A stretch of 64,000 nucleotides of DNA from Eledone cirrhosa (Eukaryota), in assembly GCA_964016885.1 (NCBI GenBank), contig OZ024757.1, forward strand, positions 27,714,001-27,778,000, given 5' to 3'. Positions within the stretch are counted from its first letter, which is position 1. The number at the start of each line of letters is the position of its first letter. The position numbers and the translations under genes are program-made. This document shows positions 13,901-28,660 of the stretch, piece after piece. The notes under the pieces are model-generated. The model did no database searches, was not told the DNA's origin, and saw nothing but the letters and a program-made list of their open reading frames with translations.

Positions 13901-16900
13901 TTTCTACTTTTGGCACAAGGCCAGCAATTATCCAGTACATTACTGGTACTTTATTTTATCGACCCCCGTAAGGATGAAAGGCAAAGTTAACCTCGGCAGG
14001 ATGGGAGATTTTACTTAACGAATGCTATACCCATTTTCACAAGAGAAGACATCTCTTACCCACCTCAAAGTGATTGGGAGATCTCCCCGTGTGCCGGTTA
14101 GAGTTGACCCAAGACACGCTGTATTTCACTACTGCACCACGACTACTCCATCAGGAGTTATAGCTTAGAAAGAAGAAAGATGACGGTTTATATATAGCAT
14201 TACAATGTAATATTTAAAGTCTGATTCTTTATTTATTCATTTTTAATAATCGATTACAATATAATTAATCTACAGTAATATTGGTACCGTGTGTTGTGAT
14301 AAATACGGCTCCGTAGTAAAACACTGACAAATTGGCAGCATGTTAGAAATAGCAGTCAGCGCTTTTTTCAAAATATACACTGCACTGCGCAATTTCCTTA
14401 ATAGCATACACTGAGATGTTTTATAAAAATTAAAGCCTGTATTTGCTGTTATTTTCCCGGTGTGATGTTTCTTTTTCTAAATAACTGATATATATATCAA
14501 AATATTATTTAGGTAAAGACAAAAAACAAAAAACAAAAAAAACAGATTATCTGCCCTTTGACCATATTTTTTCATCTCAAGTGCACACACGCATTTATCC
14601 TGGGTCGACCTGTTTGGTTAACAATGATGACAATGCATAGGTACAAGTGTTTGGGATTGCTATGTCATATATATTAGAATTACTGGATGTATTATGAACA
14701 ATGATAAAACTTCAGAAATTTGCATTTTAATAAATTATTGGTTTACATAAGAGAAACCCTACATTTTATATTCATTAAAGATGAAATGATATATATATAT
14801 TTATTTCTATTATATAATTGCATAAATGTTCAGCAGATATGTACAAATGACAAAGAATTGAATGTCATACATTCAGTTCAATAACTTTGGAGAAGTACCA
14901 ATTTATTCGGAGCAACAAGTGTAGGCTTAGAACTCAGGGTCTTGTCATTGGAAGACGGTTATTTAAGGCAACATGGCTAGGATAGGAAATACACTGCGAG
15001 TGTAAATTTTAACGAATTGCAGATGGGGATATATTATAAGATATAGAACTATATAAACACGCATGACATCGTTAATTTAATATTTTTTCTTGAGGATATA
15101 ATAACATAAATGTTCAGGATATTAACTTTGGAGAAATAACTACCTATATCGACAAATGAGGGATTAGAGCCGACCACCGTGTGATTAGAAAACGAACTTC
15201 TTATTGTAGCAATATGACAGATATGAAATGCATTGTGTGTTTCTAAATGTTAAAATATTGCAGACGGAGATATATATAAATATAAAAACACCATAGTGTA
15301 TCATTTTAATTGTGGTTGATTTTAATATGTTTTGTTGACCGTATGCCGCCGACCGACATTTTGTTATTGAAAATCAACAGATTTAGTGAATGAAGAGTGG
15401 TGGGAGGTATTCATAACAAGCGTGGTAGCAGATTGTTTACATTTTTACGAAGAGAAGACAGTGTATATATTATATTAAAATTAGTTTTTAAATTCCAGGT
15501 TTAATACGTTTTATGAGCTAAATTATTTATTCATTTTAAAAATTGATATAATTATCCTAAGTATACAGAACTATAGTATTATTAGGCCTATGTGTTATGA
15601 TTGAAATCTCTTCACGAGCAAGCCGGCCGGCATATCTTTCCCTTTTTAGAAGACGGTTTATAAATCACATTAAAATTGGTTTCAAAATGTAAAATTTAAG
15701 ATGTTGCAATTGTTTAATTATTTATTCATTTTAAAAATTGATATAAATTTCCTATGCATACAAAACTACAATATTATTAGGACTGTGTGTTACGATTAAA
15801 ATGCCTTCGCAGCAAACCAGCCTGAAAATCTTCCTCGTGTTAGGAATAGCCATTAAATCTCCCTCAAAATGTTACACGGCACTGCTTTTAAGCATTTAAA
15901 AATAGCGCCCGAATCTTTTTCGAAATATTCACTCCTTTGTATCTGAACATTATATAAATACTATTTAAACCTGCCTTAAATTAAACACCGTGATGGTGTT
16001 GGATATAGCAGTTAAATCTTTGTAAAATCACACACTTCACTCACTTAAAATATACTAGAAATAACGAATTAACCTTCAAATTATACATATTTTAAAATGA
16101 CATATTTTGCAGTTAATTTCCAGGCTATCTGTTTATTATTTAAGATAAATATATAAAATATGTATCAAAATGTTATATATACTGAAATCGAAATTTGATA
16201 TTATCTACCCTTAGACCATATTATTTCTTTTCATGTGCACACACGCATTACTTACGATAAAAAGCGCGCGGACACGCGTACATACAGACTCAACCACTCA
16301 CTCACACAGACACACACTTCTTTTCAATAGTAAAACTCATACAACTTTGTGGTTGAGTCTTGTTTATTCTTAAACTATATATATATATATATAAAGAGAT
16401 ATATATATATAGATATAAAAGAAAAGGTGAAGTTTTAAATAGCACGAAAATATATTGTAGGGTCTGTTTTTTCTTTTTTTTCCTTTCTTTGATTCGTCAA
16501 AGTGACATTGAATAAAAATGAGGGACAATTCTTTAAAAAAAAGAGTTTTATAATGTATATAAAGTATTACCGGTTTCGATTTATTATTAAAATTCATCTT
16601 ATCAAATGTTGAGTAGTACAATTAAAAAGAATTAATAAGAATTAAAAACTAAAAATTAAAGATTTAAAATTTAGAGGTAAGTTTTTTTCATCTTTCTCAA
16701 CAAGAAAGATGAAAAAAAACTTACCGCTTATCTATACATAAAATAAAAAATGAAATAAGTTTTTTTTTTCATCAAAAGGTTATGGGGTCTTCTAAAAAAA
16801 ATTAAAGAGTTAAGTAGTCCATGGGTACTATAAATCTTTATTTCTTCTTCCTTACTATCAAAAGCGAGATACTTCTAAATGTGTTACTGGCTGAAGGCTC

Positions 16901-19900
16901 CTTTAACTACCATATCCTTCTTCTCTAGGTTGCCCTCTGCCTCTAGGCTTGTCTAACTTTGACCATAAAGTAACTAACTACCATCGCTCTATCTCGTCTT
17001 CTGGTGAGGATATAATCTATTTGGTTGCTATGTTCTCCTGATCTATAGGTTATCAAGTGAAGATACCTCAAAAATGCTCCCAATACACTCCCTAAGTGTG
17101 GTTGTTGACAGGAAAGGCATCCCACTGTATAAACCATGTCTAAAAGAGTTGAGAGGACACTTTAGTTGTGTCAAAGACACAAGAGCCTTTCTAGTGTTGG
17201 TGAACTACACAAGGAATGCACCCAGTACACACTGTAATCTGGTTGGTGTTAAGAAGGGCATCCAACTATAGAAAGCTGGCCAAATAATGGGTTGGGAGGA
17301 CCCTTCAATTGTGTCAAGAACATGATAGCCTTTCTAGAGTTGAGGATCTACAAGATAAATACACCTAGTACATATTGTAAAATGGTTGGTGTTAGGAAGA
17401 ACATCCAACCATGGAAAACTTGACTAACAAAGGGTTGGGCGGAACATTCAGTTTGTGTCAAAGTACAGAACTTCTCTTCTGCTGGATGCCGGCCCTTCAG
17501 CTTTTCTGCAAGGTCAGTAGCCCCGCTTCTGTACTGACTTGGTTTATGTAGAACTGTCTAAACCTTGCTAGCAGGGAAATTAGACGTTAAATGATGGTGA
17601 CATAATATATATAAAAACATAATCACACATGGTGTATTAATATGGTTAACTATTTATGATTTTTATTGATTGTTTGCAGCCATCAGACATTTTATCAATA
17701 AAAAATACAACACATATAATGATGGGGAAGTGGTGGGAAGTATCCATTACAACCATGGTGGCTGATTGTGTTTATTTATATATATTTTTTAAATGTCTGG
17801 ACGGTGTTCGGATAGAATGTTTTGTGGTAAACATTCCAGCTCTCTAACTTCAAATCCTGCCCAAGTCAACTTTATCTTTCATCTGGAGGTCGATAAATAA
17901 AGTAGCAGTCCAGTAAGGTGGTCAATTCTAGTCCATTGCCTCATTCACTCTTCTTCTCTATCACCGTCTCTCCTTGGTTGTGTTCAGATTTGGTGATTGA
18001 TGGGCTCCACCAAATTTTAAAAGATACCAGCCCTGCGAACCTCTAAAAACCCAAAGGGGAGTACCATGAAAAAAAAAGAAAAATAATTATAATAATTATT
18101 TCTACTTTTGGCACAAGGCCAGCAATTATCCAGTACATTACTGGTACTTTATTTTATCGACCCCCGTAAGGATGAAAGGCAAAGTTAACCTCGGCAGGAT
18201 GGGAGATTTTACTTAACGAATGCTATACCCATTTTCACAAGAGAAGACATCTCTTACCCACCTCAAAGTGATTGGGAGATCTCCCCGTGGGACGGGGAGA
18301 GTTGACTGGTCTAAGATGCCCAAGACACGCTGTATTTCACTACTGCACCACGACTACTCCATCAGGAGTTATAGCTTAGAAAGAAGAAAGACGACGGTTT
18401 ATATATAGCATTACAATGTAATATTTAAAGTCTGATTCTTTATTTATTCATTTTTAATAATCGATTACAATATTATTAATCTACAGTAATATTGGTACCG
18501 TGTGTTGTGATAAATACGTCTCCGTAGTAAAACACTGACAAACTGGCCGCCTGACCTCCAGCATGTTAGAAATAGCAGTCAGCGCTTTTTTCAAAATATA
18601 CACTGCACTGCCCAATTTCCTTAATAGCAAACACTGCGATGTTTTATAAAAATTAAAGCCTGTATTTGCTGTTATTTTCCCGGGGTGATGTTTCTTTTTT
18701 TTAATATATATCAAAATATTATTTAGGTAATGACAAAAAACAAAAAACAAAAAAAACAGATTATCTGCCTTTTGACCATATTTTTGCTTCTCAAGTGCAC
18801 ACACGCATTTATCCTGGATCGACCTGTGTGGTTAACAATGATGACAATGCATAGGTACAAGTGTTTGGGATTGCTGTCATATATATTAGAATTACTGGAT
18901 GTATTATGAACAATGATAAAACTTCAGAAATTTGCATTTTAATAAATTATTGGTTTACATAAGAGAAACCCTACATTTTATATTCATTAAAGATGAAATG
19001 ATATATATATATTTATTTCTATTATATAATTGCATAAATGTTCAGCAGATATGTACAAATGACAAAGAATTGAATGTCATACATTCAGTTCAATAACTTT
19101 GGAGAAGTACCAATTTATTCGGAGCAACAAGTGTAGGATTAGAACTCAGGGTCTTGTCATTGGAAGACGGTTATTTAAGGCAACATGGCTAGGATAGGAA
19201 ATACACTGCGAGTGTAAATTTTAACGAATTGCAGATGGGGATGTATTAAAAGATATAGAACTATATAAACACGCATGACATCATTAATTTAATATTTTTT
19301 CTTGAGGATATAATAACATAAATGTTCAGGATATTAACTTTGGAGAAATAACTATCTATATCGACAAATGAGGGATTAGAGCCGACCACCGTGTGATTAG
19401 AAAACGAACTTCTTATTGTAGCAATATGACAGATATGAAATGCAATGTGTGTTTCTAAATGTTAAAATATTGCAGACGGAGATATATATAAATATAAAAA
19501 CACCATAGTGTATCATTTTAATTGTGGTTGATTTTAATATTTTTTGTTGACCGTATGCCGCTGACTGACATTTTGTTATTGAAAATCAACAGATTTAGTG
19601 AATGAAGAGTGGTGGGAGGTATTCATAACAAGCGTGGTAGCAGATTGTTTACATTTTTACGAAGAGAAGACAGTGTATATATTATATTAAAATTAGTTTT
19701 TAAATTCCAGGTTTAATACGTTTTATGAGCTAAATTATTTATTCATTTTAAAAATTGATATAATTATCCTAAGTATACAGAACTATAGTATTATTAGGCC
19801 TATGTGTTATGATTGAAATCTCTTCACGAGCAAGCCGGCCGGCATATCTTTCCCGTGCTAGAAGACGGTTTATAAATCACATTAAAATTGGTTTCAAAAT

Positions 19901-22900
19901 GTAAAATTTAAGATGTTGCAATTGTTTAATTATTTATTCATTTTAAAAATTGATATAAATTTCCTATGCATACAAAACTACAATATTATTAGGACTGTGT
20001 GTTACGATTAAAATGCCTTCGCAGCAAACCAGCCTGAAAATCTTCCTCGTGTTAGGAATAGCCATTAAATCTCCCTCAAAATGTTACACGGCACTGCTTT
20101 TAAGCATTTAAAAATAGCGCCCGAATCTTTTTCGAAATATTCACTCCTTTGTATCTGAACATTATATAAATACTATTTAAACCTGCCTTAAATTAAACAC
20201 CGTAATGTCGTGGGAGGTGTTGGATATAGCAGTTAAATCTTTCTAAAATCACACACTTCACTCACTTAAAATATACTAGAAATAGCGAAATAACCTTCAT
20301 ATTATACATATTTTAAAATGACATGTTTTGCAGTTAATTTCCAGTCTATCTGTTTATTATTTAAGATAAATGTATAAAATATGTATCAAAATGTTATTTA
20401 TACTGAAATCGAAATTTGATATTATCTACCCTTAGACCATATTATTTCTTTTCATGTGCACACACGCATTACTTACGATAAAAAGCGCGCGGACACACGT
20501 ACATACAGACTCAACCAGACACACACTTCTTTTCAATAGAAAAACTCATACAACTTTGTGGTTGAGTCTTGTTTATTCTTAAACTATATATATATAAAGA
20601 GATATATAGATATAAAAGAAAAGGTGAAGTTTTAAATAGCACGAAAATATATTGTAGGGTCTGTTTTTTCTTTTTTTTCCTTTCTTTGATTCGTCAAAGT
20701 GACATTATTGAATAAAAATGAGGGACAATTCTTTAAAAAAAAGAGTTTTATAATGTATATAAAGTATTACCGGTTTCGATTTATTATTAAAATTCATCTT
20801 ATCAAATGTTGAGTAGTACAATTAAAAAGAATTAATAAGAATTAAAAACTAAAAATTAAAGATTTAAAATTTAGAGGTAAGTTTTTTTCATCTTTCTCAA
20901 CAAGGAAGATGAAAAAAAACTTACCTCTTATCTATACATAAAATAAAAAATGAAATAAGTTTTTTTTTTTCATCAAAAGTTTATGGGGTCTTCCAAAAAA
21001 AAATTAAAGAGTTAAGTAGTCCATGGGTACTATAAATCTTTATTTCTTCTTACTATCAAAAGCGAGATACTTCTAAATGTGTTACTGGCTGAAGGCTCCT
21101 TTAACTACCATATCCTTCTTCTCTAGGTTGCCCTCTGCCTCTAGGCTTGTCTAACTTTGACCATAAAGTAACTAACTACCATCACTCTATCTCGTCTTCT
21201 GGTGAGGATATAATCTATTTGGTTGCTATGTTCTGATCTATAGGGTATCAAGTGAAGATACCTCAAAAATGCACCCAATACACTCCCTAAGGGTGGTTGT
21301 TGACAGGAAAGGCATCCCACTGTAGAAACCATGTCTAAAAGAGTTGAGAGGACACTAGTTGTGTCAAAGACACAACAGCCTTTCTAGTGTTGGTGAACTA
21401 TACAAGGAATGCACCCAGTACATACTGTAATCTGGTTGGTGTTAAGAAGGTCATCCAACTATAGAAAGCTGGCCAAATAATGGGTTGGGAGGACCCTTCA
21501 GTTGTGTCAAGGACATGACAGCCTTTCTAGAGTTGAGGATCTACAAGATAAATACACCTAGTACATATTGTAAAATGGTTGGTGTTAGGAAGAACATCCA
21601 ACCATGGAAAACTTGGCTAACAAAGGGTTGGGCGGAACATTCAGTTTGTGTCAAAGTACAGAACTTCTCTTCTGCTGGATGCCAGCCCTTCAGCTTTTCT
21701 GCAAGGTCAGTAGCCTCGCTTCTGTACTGACTTGGTTTATGTAGAACTGTCTAAAGCTTGCTAGCAGGGAAATTAGACGTTAAATGATGGTGACATATAT
21801 ATATATATAAACATAATCACACATGGTGTATTAATATGGTTAACTATTTATGATTTTTATTGATTGTCTGCAGCCATCAGACATTCTATTAATAAAAAAA
21901 CACAACAGATATAATGAGGAGGAGGTGGTGGGAAGTATCCATTACAACCATGGTGGCAGATTGTGTTTATTTATTTTTTTTTAAATGTCTGGACGGTGTT
22001 CGGATAGAATGTTTTGTGGTAAACATTCCAGCTCTCTAACTTCAAATCCTGCCCAAGTCAACTTTATCTTTCATCTGGAGGTCGATAAATAAAGTAGCAG
22101 TCCAGTAAGGTGGTCAATTCTAGTCCATTGCCTCATTCAGTCTTCTTCTCTATCACCGTCTCTCCTTGGCTGTGTTTATACTTGGTGATTGATGGGCTCC
22201 ACCAGATTTTAAAAGATCCCAGCCCTGCCAACCTCTAAAAACACAAAGGGGAGTACCATAAGGCAAAGTTAACCTCGGCAGGATGAGAGATTTTACTTAA
22301 CGAATGCTATACCCATTTTCACAAGAGAAGACATCTCTTACCCACCTCAAAGTGATTGGGAGATCTCCCCGTGTGCCGGTTAGAGTTGACCCAAGACACG
22401 CTGTATTTCACTACTGCACCACGACTACTCCATCAGGAGTTATAGATTAGAAAGAAGAAAGATGACGGTTTATATATAGCATTACAATGTAATATTTAAA
22501 GTCTGATTCTTTATTTATTCATTTTTAATAATCGATTACAATATAATTAATCTACAGTAATATTGGTACCGTGTGTTGTGATAAATACGGCTCCGTAGTA
22601 AAACACTGACAAATTGGCAGCATGTTAGAAATAGCAGTCAGCGCTTTTTTCAAAATATACACTGCACTGCGCAATTTCCTTAATAGCATACACTGAGATG
22701 TTTTATAAAAATTAAAGCCTGTATTTGCTGTTATTTTCCCAGTGTGATGTTTCTTTTTCTAAATAACTGATATATATATCAAAATATTATTTAGGTAAAG
22801 ACAAAAAATAAAAAACAAAAAAAACAGATTATCTGCCCTTTGACCATATTTTTTCATCTCAAGTGCACACACGCATTTATCCTGGGTCGACCTGTTTGGT

Positions 22901-23460
22901 TAACAATGATGACAATGCATAGGTACAAGTGTTTGGGATTGCTATGTCATATATATTAGAATTACTGGATGTATTATGAACAATGATAAAACTTCAGAAA
23001 TTTGCATTTTAATAAATTATTGGTTTACATAAGAGAAACCCTACATTTTATATTCATTAAAGATGAAATGATATATATATATTTATTTCTATTATATAAT
23101 TGCATAAATGTTCAGCAGATATGTACAAATGACAAAGAATTGAATGTCATACATTCAGTTCAATAACTTTGGAGAAGTACCAATTTATTCGGAGCAACAA
23201 GTGTAGGATTAGAACTCAGGGTCTTGTCATTGGAAGACGGTTATTTAAGGCAACATGGCTAGGATAGGAAATACACTGCGAGTTAAATTTTAACGAATTG
23301 CAGATGGGGATATATTAAAAGATATAGAACTATATAAACACGCATGACATCGTTAATTTAATATTTTTTCTTGAGGATATAATAACATAAATGTTCAGGA
23401 TATTAACTTTGGAGAAATAACTACCTATATCGACAAATGAGGGATTAGAGCCGACCACCG
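10945..23460 (+). repeat. About three highly similar tandem copies of a ~4.1-4.2 kb unit
   Basis: Landmarks recur with a 4070-4220 bp period: GCGCGCGGACAC at ~12093/16264/20485 and GCCGACCAC at ~10993/15170/19381/23450. The ORF track shows near-identical peptides at 12204/16370 and 12744/16943/21141. Confidence 0.95.
12690..13400. mobile_element. LINE endonuclease fragment (minus; YRSGEHSNQIDYILTRRRD) plus SINE/RTE 3' pieces, repeated in each 4.2-kb unit (also ~16890-17600, ~21090-21800)
   Basis: QIDYIL is the C-terminal APE motif; GGTTGGTGTTAGGAAG and ...GGGAAATTAGACGTTAAATGATG are the SINE/RTE tail motifs seen elsewhere in the window. Confidence 0.7.
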
Positions 23461-25230
23461 AGCGAAATTCTTATTTTAGCAAAATGACTGAGATATGAAA
23501 TGCATTGTGTCTCTAAATTTTAAAATGTTGCAGACGGAGATATATATAAAGATAAAAACACCCATAGTTTATCATTTTAATTGTGGTTAATTTTATTATG
23601 TTTTGTTGACAGTCTTCTGCCGACGGAGATTTTGTTATTGAAAATCAACAGATTTAGTGAATGAAGAGTAGTGGGAGGTATCCATAACGAGCGTGGTAGC
23701 TGAATGTTTACATTTTTACGAAGAGAAGACAGTGTATAAATAACATTAAAATTAGTTTTTAAATTTCAGGTTTAATACATTTTAAGAGCTAAATTATTTA
23801 TTCATTTTAAAAATTGATATAACTTTCCTCGGCATACAAAACTACAATAAGACTGTGTTATGATTAAAATATCTTTCGCAGCAAACCAGCCGGCAAATCT
23901 TGCTCATGCTAGAAGACTGTTTATAAATCATATTAAAATTAGTTTTAAAATATAAAATTTATGGTGTTGCAATTGTTTGATTATTTATTCATTTAAAACA
24001 AAGTATTGCAATTTTTGTAATTAGTATGCAAACCTACAATAATATTAAAACCCTGTCTTGTTATTAATACGTTCCGAAGTCAACCAACTAAGTTATCAGC
24101 TGGCATCTCCCTCATGCTAAGAAATAGCAGTCTCATGTTTCCTAAATCATTACAGAGCACTTTCTTTGAACATTTTAGAAAGAGCACTCATATCTCCCCC
24201 CCAGTGACACTTCATTGTAGCTTATGAAATGTAAGAAATAACAGCCAAATCTACCTCCATTTAAAAGCTGACGGTGTCGTATAAAATTCTAGAAATAGCA
24301 GCGAAATGACCGTGAAAATACACATCCCTCTCTTGTAAAACACGTTTTAAATAGCAGCATCAGAGAAATTTTTAAACATTTACAACGATAAAAAATACTT
24401 CATAGATTTATAAAATCGTATCAAAGACAAGTTACGTAAATATGGTGCGAGGTGTAATGGCGTTATACAATATATCTTTAATTATTATTGTCGTTGTTAA
24501 TAAACAGAGCCAAGATTTGTTATGAAGTTTTCCTACTTTCAAACCAAATATACTTTTAATATTATCCTCTTCATCAGTTTTTAAACAATCGTTTAAATAA
24601 TTTATGTGAGATGAAGTAGAATGAACATCACTCGGAGATGATTTCTCCCTTACAAAATATCTTCTTCCTTATCTCTCTAAATTAATATGTTGCTATCTCT
24701 GTAAATTCATCAATAAATTAATTAATTTTTTTTAATCATGACACATTTTGTAGTTATTTTCTCGGCTATTTGTTTGCTATTTTAAATGAATAAATATAAC
24801 ATTTCTGAAGAGGTTATTTATGCTCGTCAAAGCCTTAGATTATCTGCCCTTGGACCATATTTTGTCTTCTCAAGTGCACACACGCATTTATACTGGCGGT
24901 AGTATTGAAGATATTTAAGTTTCTAAGTCCAGGGTTGGTATGCCATATACATTAGGATTACTGTATATATGAACAATGATAAAACCTTTTATATATGAAT
25001 AATGATGAAACCCGGGAAATTTGCATTTTTATAAATTAATGGTTTACACAAGAGAAACCCTATAGTTTATATATATTAATTAAAGATAGAAATGATATTA
25101 TCTTAAGTTATTTCTAAGATATAATTACATAAATGTTCAGCATATATGAAGGAATGGCATTAAGTATTGATTAACTTTGGAGAAATAACAATTTATATGG
25201 ACAAATGTAGGATTAGAACTCAGGACCTTG
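23460..25230 (+). repeat. More diverged, partial copy of the same modules ending the array
   Basis: Same motifs (GTGGGAGGTATCCATAAC, AGATTATCTGCCCTT, AGAGAAACCCTA, GTAGGATTAGAACTCAGG) with more substitutions. Confidence 0.8.
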
Positions 25231-26746
25231 TGGCTGGAAAGGGAACTTCTTATTCTAGCCTCACATACACACATACATACATTCATATGTAAACGCATGT
25301 TTAAATGTCTAGAATTTTCCTACGCTTTAGGCCAGTCTATTTTTACCTATTTGGTTTTGCCTGTAAAATCTCCAGTGATTCTTTCCTTTGACATTCTGAC
25401 CATATGCCTGTAGTAACAGAGCTGTGATCACTCAATTCAGGGAAGTAGCGTTTCTACCTGGGGCGGCTCCCTGGTTTCTCTTAAATACTAGGGAATAATA
25501 ACTGATGTGGTGGCATTCATGACTTTCTCAGTGCTATAATACAGGAAAGGAGATGAATGTCAGTTATAGCATGTGTCCAGTCATGACAAAGTCAACCCTA
25601 CCTTTCATTTTTGCGGGGCTTTGATAAAATCTCAATATTGTTTCTCATAACTCTTGAATCTACATTGATGTTAACCAATAATAATTGATTTAGGCACAAG
25701 GCCATTTTATTTTTAGCCTATAAATAACAAAGGATGCAGTAATGCCTAATATGTGTGTGTATGTTGTGTGCATGCCCAAGACCATATAGTCAAAAGGAGT
25801 GCCACCTATCCCCTCTTATTGACTTTCCCTATATGTATGTTATTATTGACTTTCCCTCTATGCATGTATGAATTATATATTCAAAAATATGCATTTGTGA
25901 AAACAATATATAAAAATAATTTCTGCAACCCCCAGCTGAAAATTGAATGATAGATCGATTCCTTAGTCATAAACCTTCTCTTAGAAAAAAATCTATTATA
26001 GTCATTCAGAGCGACATTAGATGCCATAAAATTGTCTTTCGAATATGAAGTTATCTGATGTCGCTGTAGTGAAGAAAGAGAGAGAGAGAGAGAGGAGGAG
26101 ATTGGTGAAGGTAAGAGCTGAAATGATGGACGAAGGAGAGGAAGGGAAGAAAATGGAAGCAACTCTTGATGCTTGTGATATTCATATTAAGATTTCTGTC
26201 CCTTCTTGTTTTTAATAAAGAATATTTTCAAAAGAAATTTTGCAGAAATACATGTTCTGAGATACACACACATACATTACAATTACATTGATAAAATTTT
26301 AAGTTAAATTATCACATTTTTTATTCAAACATCTAGGACTACATTATCTAATGTATAGTATAGTTGTTAGTTTTAGTTCTTGTTTAGCCCCAGGTCATCA
26401 TAGCATGATTGTCCAGCATTCAGACAATCAATACCTTACATCCTTTGGTCTATCATATCACCAATGTTGTTTACCTGCAAAATACTTTCCAATGAGTACG
26501 TATCCACGTAAGTTACTGTAACATAACAGTTGGTAGGTACCTCTGAAATGCGCATAACCATAGGTTATTCAATAAATTTAAGTATGAAAATTGTCTTCAT
26601 ATAGATATATGGGACCACCCATGTAAACTCATATATCTGAAAAGGTGTCAATTAAGAGTCGTGATCTGATCGCCTGATCAAACCCGAGCTGATCGATATC
26701 AAAACAATAAAGTTTCATAACAAGCAGCAAATCTGACTTCCTATTG

Positions 26747-26808
<62 letters not shown>

Positions 26809-28469
26809 CAATATATATATATGTGTGTGTGTGTGTGTGTATGACTTTTCCAAAATGGTTGACTAAATATACATGTTTTTTTTCATGACAACACAGAAAC
26901 AATAACAACAATAATAATAAAAAGAATACAAACAATTAAAGGAAGTTTATTGTGAACAGCTTTAGAAGATTAAAAAGTCAAAATATTTGATATGAAAAAT
27001 ACAAAAACAACTTCTCAACACAGTTAAAAAGAAATACCCCTCAACACACAAAAAACAAAAATGTGTATAAATTTCTTTCAGTGGTTACCATTAGTAAACT
27101 CTAGATATATGTCACCACCATATTTGGATGGATAGGGGCGGGTGGGTTGCTGGAGAGCAATTGATGACACTGCCCCGTCAGGTTTACAGTGATATGCTTA
27201 TTCCAAAATTTTGCCTTAGAATTATTTTGAATTAGAGTACCTACCCAGAATGTTCTGAGCCCCACATCCCCACACTCTGAGCAACAAACCTGGCAATGGG
27301 CCTGACCACATTACTGTATGTGTCAGCAATTGAAACTGTGTTCTATATTTTGAGAGGTTCTTTATTTCTATTCCCCACCACCAATAAAAAAAAATCTCCA
27401 GATCTCTAAAGGCTCTCAGTGAACAAAAAAAGAAAGGACATGAACAGATGAGACCAAGGAATCGATGCATCTAGGTTTCCATTAGTCTTTCCCATTGCTG
27501 TTGGCTACAACTCCTGGTGAAAGCATCACCGGTTTTCTGGTGATTGGAACAGTTACCTGCAAGATATCCGAACTTACACTTTTACAATTCCTGCCCATCC
27601 ACTGTCCCTGAACTGGTACTTTATTTATTGATCCTAAAAGGATGAAACGCAAATTCAACCTTGGCTCGGGTTTGAACTCAGAGTGCAGAGAGATGGTACA
27701 AATACCGAGGTGTTTAACCCTTTAGCATTTAAACTGGTTGTATCCAGCCAGAATTCTCTCACCTTTTTCTGTTGAAACCGGCTGTAATCAGCCACTCATA
27801 CTGATGTTAAGGAATTGTTCTCAAAATAAATATCAAAATATCATAGATTTGATATTATGAGATAAAGTCTTTACCACAAAAATACAATAGTAAATATAGA
27901 GTAATGTAAATTCTGATGGGTTAATCCAACACTAACAATTCTGACAATTTGTTGCCTTTTAGTAAACAACCATACAATAAAAATAGAACAAATGTAACAA
28001 CATTTCTTGGTGGTAAAAAATGTTCAAACACGGTAACAAAAAACAAATGTATTAAACAGTAATTGAAAACTGGCAATGACAAGTGTGAAATGGTCTCCAT
28101 ATTATATATATTGAAGTGATGGAAAAAGAACATGCCTGTAACTGTTTAGCATTTAAACCAGCCATATCTGGCTACAATTCTTTCACCTTTTTCTGTTCAA
28201 ACTAGCCGTAACCGGTCAAAATAAATAATATCAAAATCTTGTAGATTCAATATTATGTGTGATAATTATGTGAGACAAAGGGTTTACAATAGTATATATA
28301 GAGTAATGTAAATGGTTAACATGGAATAAAATATCTCACCTCCTCATATGTTTGCTACCTAACATTAGATATTATTTAAAAAAATTCTCCCATGTTTCTT
28401 ATGCAATACTAAATATTATTTTTAAAAGACCCACACATTTGTTTAAAACTAAATAATATATGAAGGTCA

Positions 28470-28660
28470 ATTGAAAGGTTCATAGGCTAACCAAGATACC
28501 CTCATGGAATGACCAAATAAGGTTTATTTTTCAACATAGTCCATAGAAAGAAACAATGCAGTTATTAATAAGAAGGGTTGAAATTAATGCCTGCATGATG
28601 TCAGAGCTCTAGCATAACTCCTTCATAGTCAGCCTATAAATCTTTCAGCCAACCCTTGTA
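28470..28660. mobile_element. Degenerate mariner-type MITE
   Basis: Imperfect TIRs TATGAAGGTCAATTGAAAGGTTCATAGGCT / AGCCTATAAATCTTTCAGCCAACCCTTGTA with TA ends. Confidence 0.5.

Noticed and set aside
12204-21730. Repeated short ORFs in the 4.2-kb units as a tandem gene family
   Set aside because: Similarity reflects DNA duplication; frames are broken between copies and recognisable parts are LINE/SINE debris.
26480-26720. Further hammerhead-like fragments (GAAAT-gcgc-ATA at ~26546, CTGAAAA at ~26637; also CTGATGG at ~625)
   Set aside because: Cores or stems are too degenerate to call from sequence alone.
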